From the sequence record PP777464.1: DNA of 64,000 nucleotides. The stretch is one strand, 5' to 3'. Shown piece after piece: positions 1 through 9,111 of the stretch. Positions within the stretch are counted from its first letter, which is position 1, and each line of letters begins with the position of its first letter. The notes beneath the pieces are model-generated. The model saw nothing but the letters and a program-made list of their open reading frames with translations, searched no databases and was not told the DNA's origin. A program made the position numbers and the translations under genes.

Positions 1-62
1 GAACAGTTGAAAGTACTGATAAGTCATTAGAAGATGCGTTACAACGTGAAGTACAAGAAGAA

Positions 63-377
63 ATGAACTATATCATTGACAAAAGTCGCCTGTCTCCATT
101 AAAATCACTTGAATTGTTTCCAGAGGGTCACTCACATAGCTATAGTTATGAAATGACTTATGCTGAACTTAAAAAACTTCGTGATAATTATGCATATGGC
201 AAACATGCTAGTGCAGAGGTGGCTGGTGTAAATTTATGTCACATCTCTCGTTATTCGAAGGGACAAAATCGAGAAGCAGGATATAATAATCTTATGACAC
301 AGAACTTCATCGGAACTGCGAAACAAGAATTAGAGTATCTTGTACAAAAAGAAAACTTACTAATCAGCTATCTATAG
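63..377 (+). CDS. hypothetical protein
   Basis: 104-aa ORF in a tightly packed plus-strand run; no recognisable motif. Confidence 0.75.
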   Translation: MNYIIDKSRLSPLKSLELFPEGHSHSYSYEMTYAELKKLRDNYAYGKHASAEVAGVNLCHISRYSKGQNREAGYNNLMTQNFIGTAKQELEYLVQKENLLISYL

Positions 378-386
378 GAGTTTAAA

Positions 387-707
387 ATGTCGTACTCAAT
401 GTTCTTGGATGATATTCGTGATTATCAAAAATATTATCCTGACCAAGAGATGGTATTGTGTCGTGACTACGAAAGTGCATGTGAATACGTAATCAAAAAT
501 GGAATTCCAGCATTTGTCTCATTTGACCATGACTTGGGTGACTTGAGTACAGATGAGAAAACTGGATACACTTTTGCCAAATTTCTAATTGATTATATGT
601 TTGAGCATAATATTAAAGAACCATTTAAATACTATGTACATAGTAGTAATCCAGTAGGGAAAGTTAATATTGAAACTTACTTAACTAATGGATTTAATGC
701 ACTATGA
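387..707 (+). CDS. cyclic-phosphate-processing receiver-like (cREC) domain protein
   Basis: Motifs FLDDIRD, SFDHDLG, TGY and HSSNPVG match this family; AGGAG RBS upstream. Confidence 0.75.
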   Translation: MSYSMFLDDIRDYQKYYPDQEMVLCRDYESACEYVIKNGIPAFVSFDHDLGDLSTDEKTGYTFAKFLIDYMFEHNIKEPFKYYVHSSNPVGKVNIETYLTNGFNAL

Positions 708-1006
708 TTTCAACACATATCAAGAGTCTTATTTGCACAACGCTATTAGGTATAGGTGTTCTGTGGTTCAGTTCATATCATGAGAACACTAAACGTTATA
801 ATATTCATTACAATACAGCGACTGTAACAGGATTAGGTCAATGTAATGAAAATAAATGCTCATTTACTTATAAAACCAGTACTGGTGAAGTTCGTAATGG
901 GTTATCAAGAGATCCAGTATCAATTGGTCAACTAGTTTACCAGGAATGCTGGGAGGAAAAGGCTCGTGGTTCAAGATGTTATGTTGAATACGAACCGAGC
1001 ATGTAA
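704..1006 (+). CDS. membrane-anchored hypothetical protein
   Basis: N-terminal hydrophobic segment and Cys pairs; ATGA overlap with the previous gene. Confidence 0.7.
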   Translation: MISTHIKSLICTTLLGIGVLWFSSYHENTKRYNIHYNTATVTGLGQCNENKCSFTYKTSTGEVRNGLSRDPVSIGQLVYQECWEEKARGSRCYVEYEPSM

Positions 1007-1067
1007 TATTCCGAGTCACTAACCATTAGTCGAGTACAAGGATGTACTCATAACTCAAGGATGTTTT

Positions 1068-2507
1068 ATGAAAAAATATACAATTGACACAAACGTACTA
1101 CTATCTGATCCAAATGCTACCATTGCTTTTGATGGAGCAGCTATCATTCTACCGTTCACAGTACTTGAAGAATTGGATTCAATCAAAAGTCGTAATGTGG
1201 ATGTTTCCCGTGATGCTCGTGTTGCAATCCGTAACATTGAAGCTATCCTTTCTGATGCATCACATGAAGAAATTAGTAGTACTGGTGTTAATATTGCTGA
1301 TGTTCATACTAATATGAGTCCTGAAAGCAAATTGTTTGTTATTACAAGCGAAGAAGCTGAAGCACTAATTCGTACTTCTGGTAACGAAGAGAAAGTTCAA
1401 ACTCTTCTAAAAAGCACAGTACCAGATGATAAAATCATTTTAGTAGCATTAGCAACTGATTCAGTACTGGTTACCCGTGATATCAATATGCGTATCAAGG
1501 CTCTAAGCTACGGGGTGGAAGTTCAAGATTATCGTCATGATATCGTGATTGGTGATAGTGATTTGATTCACATTGGTCAACATCACCTCGACCTAGATTT
1601 TTGGGATGTGTATAGCAATCTAACTGATGTGTCTATCCAATCTGAACAAGTTGGTCGCCGTTTGTATCACTACATTCCAAAAAGCTTGATTGAACATATC
1701 ATGCCACAAAATATTTGCATCGGTGATTACCTATATGATAATGCTGATGTTCTATTTGTGTACGAAGGCCAATCTGCAATTGAAGAAGATGATGGTACTT
1801 TAACACCAGAAGATATTCTTGTATTCCAAGATATTGGACAATCTGTTGCTCTACGTGCTAAAGTGTGGGATATTAAGGCTAAGAATATTCAACAAGCACT
1901 AGCAATCAACAGTATCCTAGATCCTGATGTTCATCTAACAGTACTGTTGGGTTCCGCAGGTACTGGTAAAACATTGATCACCATTGCTACTGCACTGGAG
2001 CTAGTACTAGAGAAGAAAAAATACGACCGTATCATCTTCTCCAAAACACAAGATTCCCAATTCGAAGACATTGGTTTCTTGCCAGGTTCTGAGGCAGAGA
2101 AGGTGATTCCATTCTGTGGAGCTGCCATTGATGCGTTGGAATTCCTACACAAAGATGATGCTAACCCACAAGGCAGTATCGAAGAAATCATGAAACGTAA
2201 TGTTATCCAGTTCAAAGCACTAAACTTCGTTCGTGGGCGTTCTTTCACAAACACTATCCTAGTAGTGGATGAATTCCAGAACATTACTCCTGCTCAGGCT
2301 AAAACAATCCTGACTCGTGCAGGAATGAACTGTAAAGTGGTTATTATGGGCAACTTGAGCCAGATTGACTCTAAATTCATTAGTCCAGTTAACAGCGGTC
2401 TAACTTATGTTACCGAGAAGTTCAAGAACTGGGACGGTTGTCGTGTAATCGAACTAGAAGGTGTCGTTCGTTCACCACTGGCAGAATTTGCTGAAGAAAA
2501 TATGTAA
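1068..2507 (+). CDS. phoH: PhoH-family ATPase with N-terminal PIN domain
   Basis: PIN motifs DTNVLL, VLEELD, DDKI and VTRDINMRIKA; Walker A GSAGTGKT; RGRSF, DEFQN, GNLSQID. Confidence 0.93.
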   Translation: MKKYTIDTNVLLSDPNATIAFDGAAIILPFTVLEELDSIKSRNVDVSRDARVAIRNIEAILSDASHEEISSTGVNIADVHTNMSPESKLFVITSEEAEALIRTSGNEEKVQTLLKSTVPDDKIILVALATDSVLVTRDINMRIKALSYGVEVQDYRHDIVIGDSDLIHIGQHHLDLDFWDVYSNLTDVSIQSEQVGRRLYHYIPKSLIEHIMPQNICIGDYLYDNADVLFVYEGQSAIEEDDGTLTPEDILVFQDIGQSVALRAKVWDIKAKNIQQALAINSILDPDVHLTVLLGSAGTGKTLITIATALELVLEKKKYDRIIFSKTQDSQFEDIGFLPGSEAEKVIPFCGAAIDALEFLHKDDANPQGSIEEIMKRNVIQFKALNFVRGRSFTNTILVVDEFQNITPAQAKTILTRAGMNCKVVIMGNLSQIDSKFISPVNSGLTYVTEKFKNWDGCRVIELEGVVRSPLAEFAEENM

Positions 2508-2573
2508 TAATGTATGGGACATTCGTCCCATACATGATATAATAATATTGTTAACAACAAAGGAGAAATACTC

Positions 2574-2771
2574 ATGGCAAAGCAACCTAAGAAAAAAGAA
2601 CCAGTAGCAAAAGTTAAGAAAGTTAAAGTTATTCAATCTAAAGAACAACGCAATTACGAACTACGTAAAGCAGAAACCCTATCAGGTCTTCAAGCTCTAC
2701 GTAAACAAGGTGTTCTAACTCGTGCTCAATACCGTGAGATAGTAGCACAAAAAGGTTATTGGGGCATTTGA
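2574..2771 (+). CDS. small basic hypothetical protein
   Basis: AGGAG RBS; Lys-rich 65 aa. Confidence 0.7.
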   Translation: MAKQPKKKEPVAKVKKVKVIQSKEQRNYELRKAETLSGLQALRKQGVLTRAQYREIVAQKGYWGI

Positions 2772-2865
2772 AGCAATAAACTGGAGTTCATGATAAATAC
2801 TTTCATAAGAATAATAATACTTTTTATTAATTTAAAAAGAACTCCATGTGTTATTTCAGTTTTTC

Positions 2866-2892
2866 ATCCCTGTCTTTTGGCAGGGATTTTTT
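2866..2892 (+). terminator. rho-independent terminator
   Basis: ATCCCTGTC-TTTT-GGCAGGGAT followed by a T run. Confidence 0.8.
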
Positions 2893-2987
2893 CTTTCTAG
2901 ATATTGACAAAAGGATTAAACCATGAGAACATGTAGTAAAGGAAGAATGACATTCCATTAGGTTAGTTTAACTTAAAGGAGAAATAT

Positions 2988-3545
2988 ATGTTTTTTGACC
3001 AAACATTTACGTTGTACCATGATTCAGGTAAAGTTGAGATTATTGATAATCTGTTAGAGTACATTGCGGAACATGACGGTATAGACCGTTTCCACAGTAA
3101 GATGAAATTCGATTTAGCTGAATTCAACAAAAAGAATCGTGAAACATTTTGGAAGAACCGTTTCTATTACGAAATGTATCCAGAAAAGTTCGTAGGTTAT
3201 TATCTTTGTACTGAAAAAGGATTACTTGTATCTCCTGATTTACTTATGGGTGAATACATGATACTCTATAATGAGTACTGGGATCATAAACGAAATGCTC
3301 GTGACACTGAATGGCGACACAAGCGTTCGTATATGTACAAACATAACCACTCCAGATACAAACGTCCTAAGACCCAACAAGAGCGTCGTATGGCTTGTGC
3401 AGTACTGAAGGATGAGGGGGAACCGGATATACGTGGAAGACGTAAGATGCGTTCACTACCATCGTATTGGGATGATATCAGAACAAGACACAGTACTGGC
3501 TGGAAATACAGTACTAAACGTAAACATCAATACAAAGGGAGCTAA
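2988..3545 (+). CDS. phage hypothetical protein with basic C-terminus
   Basis: AGGAG RBS; C-terminal RPKTQQERR...LPSYWDDI...WK pattern resembles a family seen in large myoviruses. Confidence 0.8.
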   Translation: MFFDQTFTLYHDSGKVEIIDNLLEYIAEHDGIDRFHSKMKFDLAEFNKKNRETFWKNRFYYEMYPEKFVGYYLCTEKGLLVSPDLLMGEYMILYNEYWDHKRNARDTEWRHKRSYMYKHNHSRYKRPKTQQERRMACAVLKDEGEPDIRGRRKMRSLPSYWDDIRTRHSTGWKYSTKRKHQYKGS

Positions 3546-3559
3546 TGCTCCCTATTTTT
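3536..3559 (+). terminator. rho-independent terminator
   Basis: AGGGAGC-TAAT-GCTCCCT plus T run. Confidence 0.75.
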
Positions 3560-3563
3560 ATAG

Positions 3564-3902
3564 GTGAACTTTATGAACAAAATTGAAGTTGCTGTCGTGA
3601 TTGGTTATATTGAAATTGAACAGTGTGGCATTGATACCTTTATTGACACTCTTAATAAGTACCGTTCAGAGTACAAGGGATACATTAGTCTTTCACCAGA
3701 CGGTGGTTACGGTGGTTTCGATGGATACAATGTAATTTGGACCAGAGAAGAAACTGACGAAGAATACCATACACGAATTGAAGCTGAATCTAAAAGATGT
3801 GAAGAAATTGAACGTCAAGAAATGAAACACTTGATGAACAAGAAATCATTAAGTACCGAAGAGAAATCTAAACTGCTAAAATACATCAAGGATTACATGT
3901 AA
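3564..3902 (+). CDS. hypothetical protein
   Basis: ORF tiling with neighbours. Confidence 0.75.
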   Translation: MNFMNKIEVAVVIGYIEIEQCGIDTFIDTLNKYRSEYKGYISLSPDGGYGGFDGYNVIWTREETDEEYHTRIEAESKRCEEIERQEMKHLMNKKSLSTEEKSKLLKYIKDYM

Positions 3903-4549
3903 TGAAAAATGTATCACAAGAAAAGATTCTGTACCTTGCAAAGTACAATGGTGGATTTAATATTACCAGTTGTGAATATCATGGTAACATGGCTAAAATG
4001 ATTGACGAGCTACTAGAAGGTAAAATGCTCCGTTGGGAGACAAATGACCTTTGGTACGAATATGCGGGTCAACAATGGGAAAGTGACTACGATAATGCAA
4101 TTCATACGTATACAATTACTAAAAGTGGTGAAGTACGTTTGGCTATCATGCGTTGTGCTTACACTTACAAAAATTTCAAAGATGAAGAAAAGCATATTCG
4201 CCGAAATGAAGAGTTAGTACACCTAATGGGTGAAGCTGGCATTACAATGCATGACTTGTTCAATGAACCAAGATGGACTGGGAATCTGACCAAAGCAGAA
4301 TACAAAGCATTGCGATACATCCAAGTACCAGAAATCAACAAACCAAAAGAATGTATTGATGATGGTGAACTAAGCCTCAAAAATGTATTTGAAAGTACCA
4401 GTACTGAAAGTATTGCTGATCTTTCAGTTCAGATGGCTATCAAAGCTATGGAACTATTCAAAACACAATATGATGGTGTTAATTCAGATGAAGTAGAGCG
4501 TGAGTTCATTACGCGAGTACAAATTGCATTACATAAATCAAAAAAGTAG
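3902..4549 (+). CDS. hypothetical protein
   Basis: TAATG overlap, 215 aa. Confidence 0.8.
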   Translation: MKNVSQEKILYLAKYNGGFNITSCEYHGNMAKMIDELLEGKMLRWETNDLWYEYAGQQWESDYDNAIHTYTITKSGEVRLAIMRCAYTYKNFKDEEKHIRRNEELVHLMGEAGITMHDLFNEPRWTGNLTKAEYKALRYIQVPEINKPKECIDDGELSLKNVFESTSTESIADLSVQMAIKAMELFKTQYDGVNSDEVEREFITRVQIALHKSKK

Positions 4550-4680
4550 GATGATGTGCACTTGACATGTTCGCTTTGCAATGCGATAATATGAGTCCAG
4601 AAGAGATGGAACGTGAGTTCCTTACTTACATGAATGTTAAACTAGTCAAATGGCGTAAATCATTTCAATAGGTATTTTAA

Positions 4681-5652
4681 ATGAAAACTAAAATTATTTC
4701 TGAACAAAAAATCGGCAACACTACAGTACTGAATCTTGAAGTTCAAGGTCTTAATAATGTTCGTTCTCTTACGGTTTGTACTCAGAGAGATGATTTGACT
4801 GATTTCTATAGCACCGAATACATGTCAGAAGAACCTTGGGATATGGGATGGTTGGATGGTAGTAGTTATATCAGTTCTCGTTATAGTTTTGGTTCTCATG
4901 AAAATATTGAACAAGTAAAAAATGAGTATATTAAACTCAGTGATACTATTGAAATGAAAGAAGAAGATTGTGTAGAACTTTTCATTTTTGAATTCGATGC
5001 AGGAAATGGTAATTCATTACTAGTAAGTAATATTGAAGAACATTTAATGTATCATGAAATTGAAGATGTAGATTTTGAACGTATTAAAAATGTTGTTCAT
5101 ATGGTTGGTGGTAGTATTACTGATGATTCAGATATCGGTCATAATATTTCACTGTGCTTAATTTCTCATCCAAAAACTCGTGGTTTTAAAGTTCCACAAG
5201 ATGAAACTTACGCTTTTGAAACTGCTGATGAAGGAATTTATCCTTGGAATGATTATGTAGAATACTATGGTCATTTCTGTTCTGATACAAAAGAACTGAA
5301 AAAAGGTGAACAATATTTTGATATGTTCCGTGCTGCACAGCGTTTAGTACTGAATAATACTGAACTATTTCCTGATCGCGGTGAAGAAAATATGATTGAT
5401 ATTATCTTCAAGAACTATGATTATGTGCAGAACATTCCTGATAATGTACATTTGGAATATGTTCACGGTTCTTCGAACAAATTCTATAATATTGAATTGA
5501 ATGCTCCAGTGTGTGAAGTAATTATTGAGTATGGTGCTATTGGTAAAACCAGTACTACAGATGGTGAAGAATTCAAAACTATTGAAGAAGCACGTAAGTT
5601 CTTCGAGAAGAAAGTAATTTCTAAAATTAAAAGTGGTTATAGCCCAAAATGA
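4681..5652 (+). CDS. protein with C-terminal WGR domain
   Basis: C-terminus HLEYVHGSSNKFYNIEL...EYGAIG...EEARKFFEKKVISKIKSGY matches the WGR pattern. Confidence 0.75.
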   Translation: MKTKIISEQKIGNTTVLNLEVQGLNNVRSLTVCTQRDDLTDFYSTEYMSEEPWDMGWLDGSSYISSRYSFGSHENIEQVKNEYIKLSDTIEMKEEDCVELFIFEFDAGNGNSLLVSNIEEHLMYHEIEDVDFERIKNVVHMVGGSITDDSDIGHNISLCLISHPKTRGFKVPQDETYAFETADEGIYPWNDYVEYYGHFCSDTKELKKGEQYFDMFRAAQRLVLNNTELFPDRGEENMIDIIFKNYDYVQNIPDNVHLEYVHGSSNKFYNIELNAPVCEVIIEYGAIGKTSTTDGEEFKTIEEARKFFEKKVISKIKSGYSPK

Positions 5653-5897
5653 GAAAAAATATCATGAAAAATATATTCATTACATTAACAATATTTGTGT
5701 CCATTACTCTCTGTGGCTGTGCACCTAAAGTTCAGGAGGCTGATGCAGAGTTCATTCGCCAGAATTTGACTAAACTTAACTATGATGGTACATTGTATGC
5801 TTGCCATGAGATGCGTCATGGGCAAGATCTTAATCTCATGTGCAGGAAGATTGTAAACCGTACACGCCTTAACACTATTCCAAAGGATGCACAATGA
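5649..5897 (+). CDS. putative lipoprotein
   Basis: Hydrophobic N-terminus ending in TLCGC lipobox-like sequence. Confidence 0.65.
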   Translation: MRKNIMKNIFITLTIFVSITLCGCAPKVQEADAEFIRQNLTKLNYDGTLYACHEMRHGQDLNLMCRKIVNRTRLNTIPKDAQ

Positions 5898-6064
5898 AAG
5901 AAGTTATTGGATACAAATGCAAAAACTGCGGAAAGGTTCAGGGTAAGCACGGTGTAGAAGGGATGGCTTGTCCGAAGCCAGGTCGTGGTAATTTCAGAGG
6001 GTTCAGTACTGAAAAGTTTTATGAACCTGATTATTCAAAACCAGTAATGGGTTATAAGTTATGA
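5894..6064 (+). CDS. 56-aa Cys-containing protein not in the ORF track
   Basis: MKEVIGYKCKNCGKVQGKHG...MACPK; ATGA overlaps at both ends. Confidence 0.7.
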   Translation: MKEVIGYKCKNCGKVQGKHGVEGMACPKPGRGNFRGFSTEKFYEPDYSKPVMGYKL

Positions 6065-6420
6065 GTGATTATGTGGCATTTCTTCATCGCTTTGGTGAAG
6101 CTCAAGAAAAACACATTATCCGTATGCCAGCTTATGGTGAGAAAGACTGGTACAAAAGTACTATCAGCGTAGGTGCATTTCGTGACCGTGAAGCTGAATT
6201 CTTTCTTGGTAAGCAACACGAACGTGAAGTTCTTTGTTCACTGTGGCGTTTAGATGAATGGGATAGTGAAAATTCCAGAACGGCTGAATCAATGCTGGCA
6301 GTTGTTGGTATTGCGAACTATCAGCACCCATATGATCTGTTACCTACGTTTACCCATGCTTCTTTGTTTGACTTTTACAAAGAAGTAGGGTATGATTATA
6401 AAAAGAAACGTTACATTTAA
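6061..6420 (+). CDS. hypothetical protein
   Basis: ORF tiling. Confidence 0.75.
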   Translation: MSDYVAFLHRFGEAQEKHIIRMPAYGEKDWYKSTISVGAFRDREAEFFLGKQHEREVLCSLWRLDEWDSENSRTAESMLAVVGIANYQHPYDLLPTFTHASLFDFYKEVGYDYKKKRYI

Positions 6421-6465
6421 TATCAGTACTGTTATAGTGGCAGTACTTTTTATTTGGAGATTACA

Positions 6466-7080
6466 ATGACTACATCTGAAAAGTACTGGTGGATTATGGG
6501 CCATCCTAAATTCATCAACGGAGATATGGTTCCCCCAAGGATTGATATCGAACCACATGATGTGTGTCCAATCACAAACCGCATTGAATCATTTAAAGCT
6601 CTGAATACAAAGACACAATTTTGGGTAGAATTCATCTCACCTATGTACGTTGAGCAAGATGATGAATGGGTACAAGCACATGATTATGAGTTAGATTGCG
6701 GTGGTGATACTTATGATGAGGCAATTGATGAACTATACAAAAATGTGCTAAACACTTATGGTGATTACACCCAACAAGAAGCAGACGATACGTTTAATAA
6801 GGTCCATGCAGTCATTTCTACATCATCAATTTACAATTCAACAAAAACAATTTGGGAAGAACGTCACGGGTGGAGTTCATCTGTAATTGATGCTGAAGCC
6901 AAAGAAACAATTCTGGAAGACATAAAAAATATAAAAAGTACAATAGAAGCCTTGCGTGAATTTATAAAGTCTTGTACAATAGAACAACAGAAAGAGGCAA
7001 AGATGCATTTGGAGAGTGAAGAATGTAAACTTTGGGTTCTAGAGAAATCATTTGAAAAGGGTATAGACTTAGACTTATGA
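6466..7080 (+). CDS. hypothetical protein
   Basis: GGAG RBS before ATG at 6466. Confidence 0.8.
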   Translation: MTTSEKYWWIMGHPKFINGDMVPPRIDIEPHDVCPITNRIESFKALNTKTQFWVEFISPMYVEQDDEWVQAHDYELDCGGDTYDEAIDELYKNVLNTYGDYTQQEADDTFNKVHAVISTSSIYNSTKTIWEERHGWSSSVIDAEAKETILEDIKNIKSTIEALREFIKSCTIEQQKEAKMHLESEECKLWVLEKSFEKGIDLDL

Positions 7081-7445
7081 ATCGTAAACTTGAGAAACTA
7101 ATTGAAGAATTGCGACGGATGCCACCAATCGAGCAAGTGGGGAGCTACAAACGTTATCGTGTGATTGCTCGTGCACTTGATAAGAAAGGTCGTGTATTGG
7201 CAACACGTACTAATTCTTACACACATACTCACCCAGTACAGAAAGGTTTTGCAATCCGTGCTGGTCGTCCACAAGGTGAATTTCTTCATGCTGAAATCTC
7301 ATGTTTGCTGGCTTCTCGTGCTGAAGTTCATACTTTGTTGATTGCACGGGTAAGTAAAGATGGTATTCCAGTCCCTGCCAAGCCTTGTGAGATTTGTACG
7401 TTGGCAATTATGGAATATGGGGTAAAAGAAATTATTCACACATGA
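7077..7445 (+). CDS. zinc-dependent cytidine/dCMP deaminase-like protein
   Basis: HAE...PCEIC zinc motif. Confidence 0.8.
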   Translation: MNRKLEKLIEELRRMPPIEQVGSYKRYRVIARALDKKGRVLATRTNSYTHTHPVQKGFAIRAGRPQGEFLHAEISCLLASRAEVHTLLIARVSKDGIPVPAKPCEICTLAIMEYGVKEIIHT

Positions 7446-7663
7446 AAAAAATTGAACGCTACAAAAACCATACAGTTGTGGCTGAAGATGATATATTTTA
7501 TTATTATATTTTCAGACCCACACACTGTTTACAAATAACGACATTTGAGAATGATAATTTCAAAGATGTCTACTTCCATATAACAGATTTAGCAAAATAT
7601 TCCAGTACTGAACACTTTTCCAATTTAGTATTTGTGTACTGTATACCAAATCATAACATGTAA
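7442..7663 (+). CDS. hypothetical protein
   Basis: ATGA overlap start chosen over the track start at 7394. Confidence 0.6.
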   Translation: MKKIERYKNHTVVAEDDIFYYYIFRPTHCLQITTFENDNFKDVYFHITDLAKYSSTEHFSNLVFVYCIPNHNM

Positions 7664-7673
7664 GGAGTCAACA

Positions 7674-8033
7674 ATGGCTAAAACTATTTCTTTAAAAAAT
7701 GAAAGTACTGGAATCAAGAAAGACGGTTTCTATGGTTTTTCATGGACTACATTCTTTTTTGGTCCAATCCCTGCACTATTCCGTTCTGATTTTCTAACAT
7801 TCATCGGTGCGTTTGTCATCTTTGTAATCCTGAACGTTATTAGTTTTGGTACATTAGGTTTCATCGCCATGTTTGTATGGGCATTTTTCTACAACAAATA
7901 CTACACACAAAACCTACTCAAGCAAGGTTTTCGTTTGAATGGTGATGGTATTGAAAACCTGGCAGCAGCAGTGGCACTCGGTATTGATCTAAACAAAAAC
8001 AATACAGTGGATAAAAACAAAGATCCAGAATAA
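7674..8033 (+). CDS. HrgC/DUF2628-like membrane protein
   Basis: GFSWTTFFFGPIPALFRSD motif and TM helices; AAGGAG RBS. Confidence 0.75.
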   Translation: MAKTISLKNESTGIKKDGFYGFSWTTFFFGPIPALFRSDFLTFIGAFVIFVILNVISFGTLGFIAMFVWAFFYNKYYTQNLLKQGFRLNGDGIENLAAAVALGIDLNKNNTVDKNKDPE

Positions 8034-8252
8034 ATGGAACAATATGAGATAACTTACGATTATTATGGTAAGGCTTATATGAAGTGTGGTCGTTTTGTTG
8101 AACTATCAAATAGAGAAGCAATCGACCCACAAACCATTATATCCATACATAACTCGTACTATAAAAAAATTACCATAGCTAATTTTGCAACATACGTAGA
8201 TAATCCTATATTTCCGTATATTATTCATTTCTATTGTAGAGTTATAAAATAA
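8034..8252 (+). CDS. hypothetical protein
   Basis: ORF tiling. Confidence 0.6.
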   Translation: MEQYEITYDYYGKAYMKCGRFVELSNREAIDPQTIISIHNSYYKKITIANFATYVDNPIFPYIIHFYCRVIK

Positions 8253-8263
8253 GGTAAAAAGAA

Positions 8264-8674
8264 ATGTTAGCCGATGATTTTATGTCTCTAAGTATCAAGA
8301 TATTTGATATATTAGGTGATGAAATAGATTTCCATCTAAATGATAAAACTATACCACACGAAGATGGTGGATATTTTTTCGCATTTGGTAATAAGTTCAA
8401 TGTTGATTTTTCAATTCCGGTTCCTGATGGAAGTGATTATGCAGCATCAACATATTTTGAATTTCAGTTCAGTGGTCATACCGAGCGTTTACTAACATAT
8501 AGACGTAAAGGAAATTTCAGTAGACCAGAGATTATATTAATGGATTTTGAAAAACGCATAGAACTTGCAAAGAATAATCCATTCATCAGTACTTATGCGT
8601 TAAACCAATTCATTGATCTATTTGATGGATATCCAGACAGAATACGAGGGTCGTTACGTATAAATGCAGAATGA
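8264..8674 (+). CDS. hypothetical protein
   Basis: ORF tiling. Confidence 0.7.
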   Translation: MLADDFMSLSIKIFDILGDEIDFHLNDKTIPHEDGGYFFAFGNKFNVDFSIPVPDGSDYAASTYFEFQFSGHTERLLTYRRKGNFSRPEIILMDFEKRIELAKNNPFISTYALNQFIDLFDGYPDRIRGSLRINAE

Positions 8675-8849
8675 AATCTTTAAAAAAGAATACGATGGTG
8701 AAAGTCTCTATGATATTCAGCGAGACGTACATGAAGCATTCGATTCAAGATTTAACCCATTAGCTGGACAAATCCCACAAGATGAGTTTGGTTTCCAAGA
8801 AGGCACATTTACTGTGACTATTACATGGAGTCCAGATGAGACTAGCTAA
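8664..8849 (+). CDS. hypothetical protein
   Basis: ORF tiling. Confidence 0.65.
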   Translation: MQNEIFKKEYDGESLYDIQRDVHEAFDSRFNPLAGQIPQDEFGFQEGTFTVTITWSPDETS

Positions 8850-8952
8850 ACTTGTAATCGGATGCAGTGCAATTGCTGCATATATGTTTTTTGCCGCTCC
8901 AACCAATGTAGTACTGCTAATTTGGGCAGTTTTTATATTAGCAGTACTTTAA
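8836..8952 (+). CDS. 38-aa membrane peptide not in the ORF track
   Basis: MRLAKLVIGCSAIAAYMFFAAPTNVVLLIWAVFILAVL; GGAG upstream; ends at a terminator. Confidence 0.55.
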   Translation: MRLAKLVIGCSAIAAYMFFAAPTNVVLLIWAVFILAVL

Positions 8953-8973
8953 AGCACCCTAGTGGTGCTTTTT
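8952..8973 (+). terminator. rho-independent terminator
   Basis: AAGCACC-CTAGT-GGTGCTT plus T run. Confidence 0.75.
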
Positions 8974-9008
8974 CTATTTGTACAAATATAAAGCAATGTG
9001 ACCTTTCC

Positions 9009-9050
9009 TTGATATAGGTCAAGAGAAATACCCTGTTCTGACGCTATAAT
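9009..9050 (+). promoter_or_regulatory. FNR box plus sigma70 -10 element (class II FNR-type promoter) for nrdD
   Basis: TTGAT-ATAG-GTCAA (9009-9022, one mismatch to TTGAT-N4-ATCAA) and TATAAT at 9045-9050; box centre falls at about -41.5. Confidence 0.7.
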
Positions 9051-9111
9051 GGTGTCTGGTGATGTTAAATAACTTCACCCCCAGATGATTTCAAAATACA
9101 AGGAAAGTAAA

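Noticed and set aside
9040-9058. NrdR box overlapping the nrdD -10
   Set aside because: Only a loose match to the NrdR consensus, with wrong spacing and no second box.
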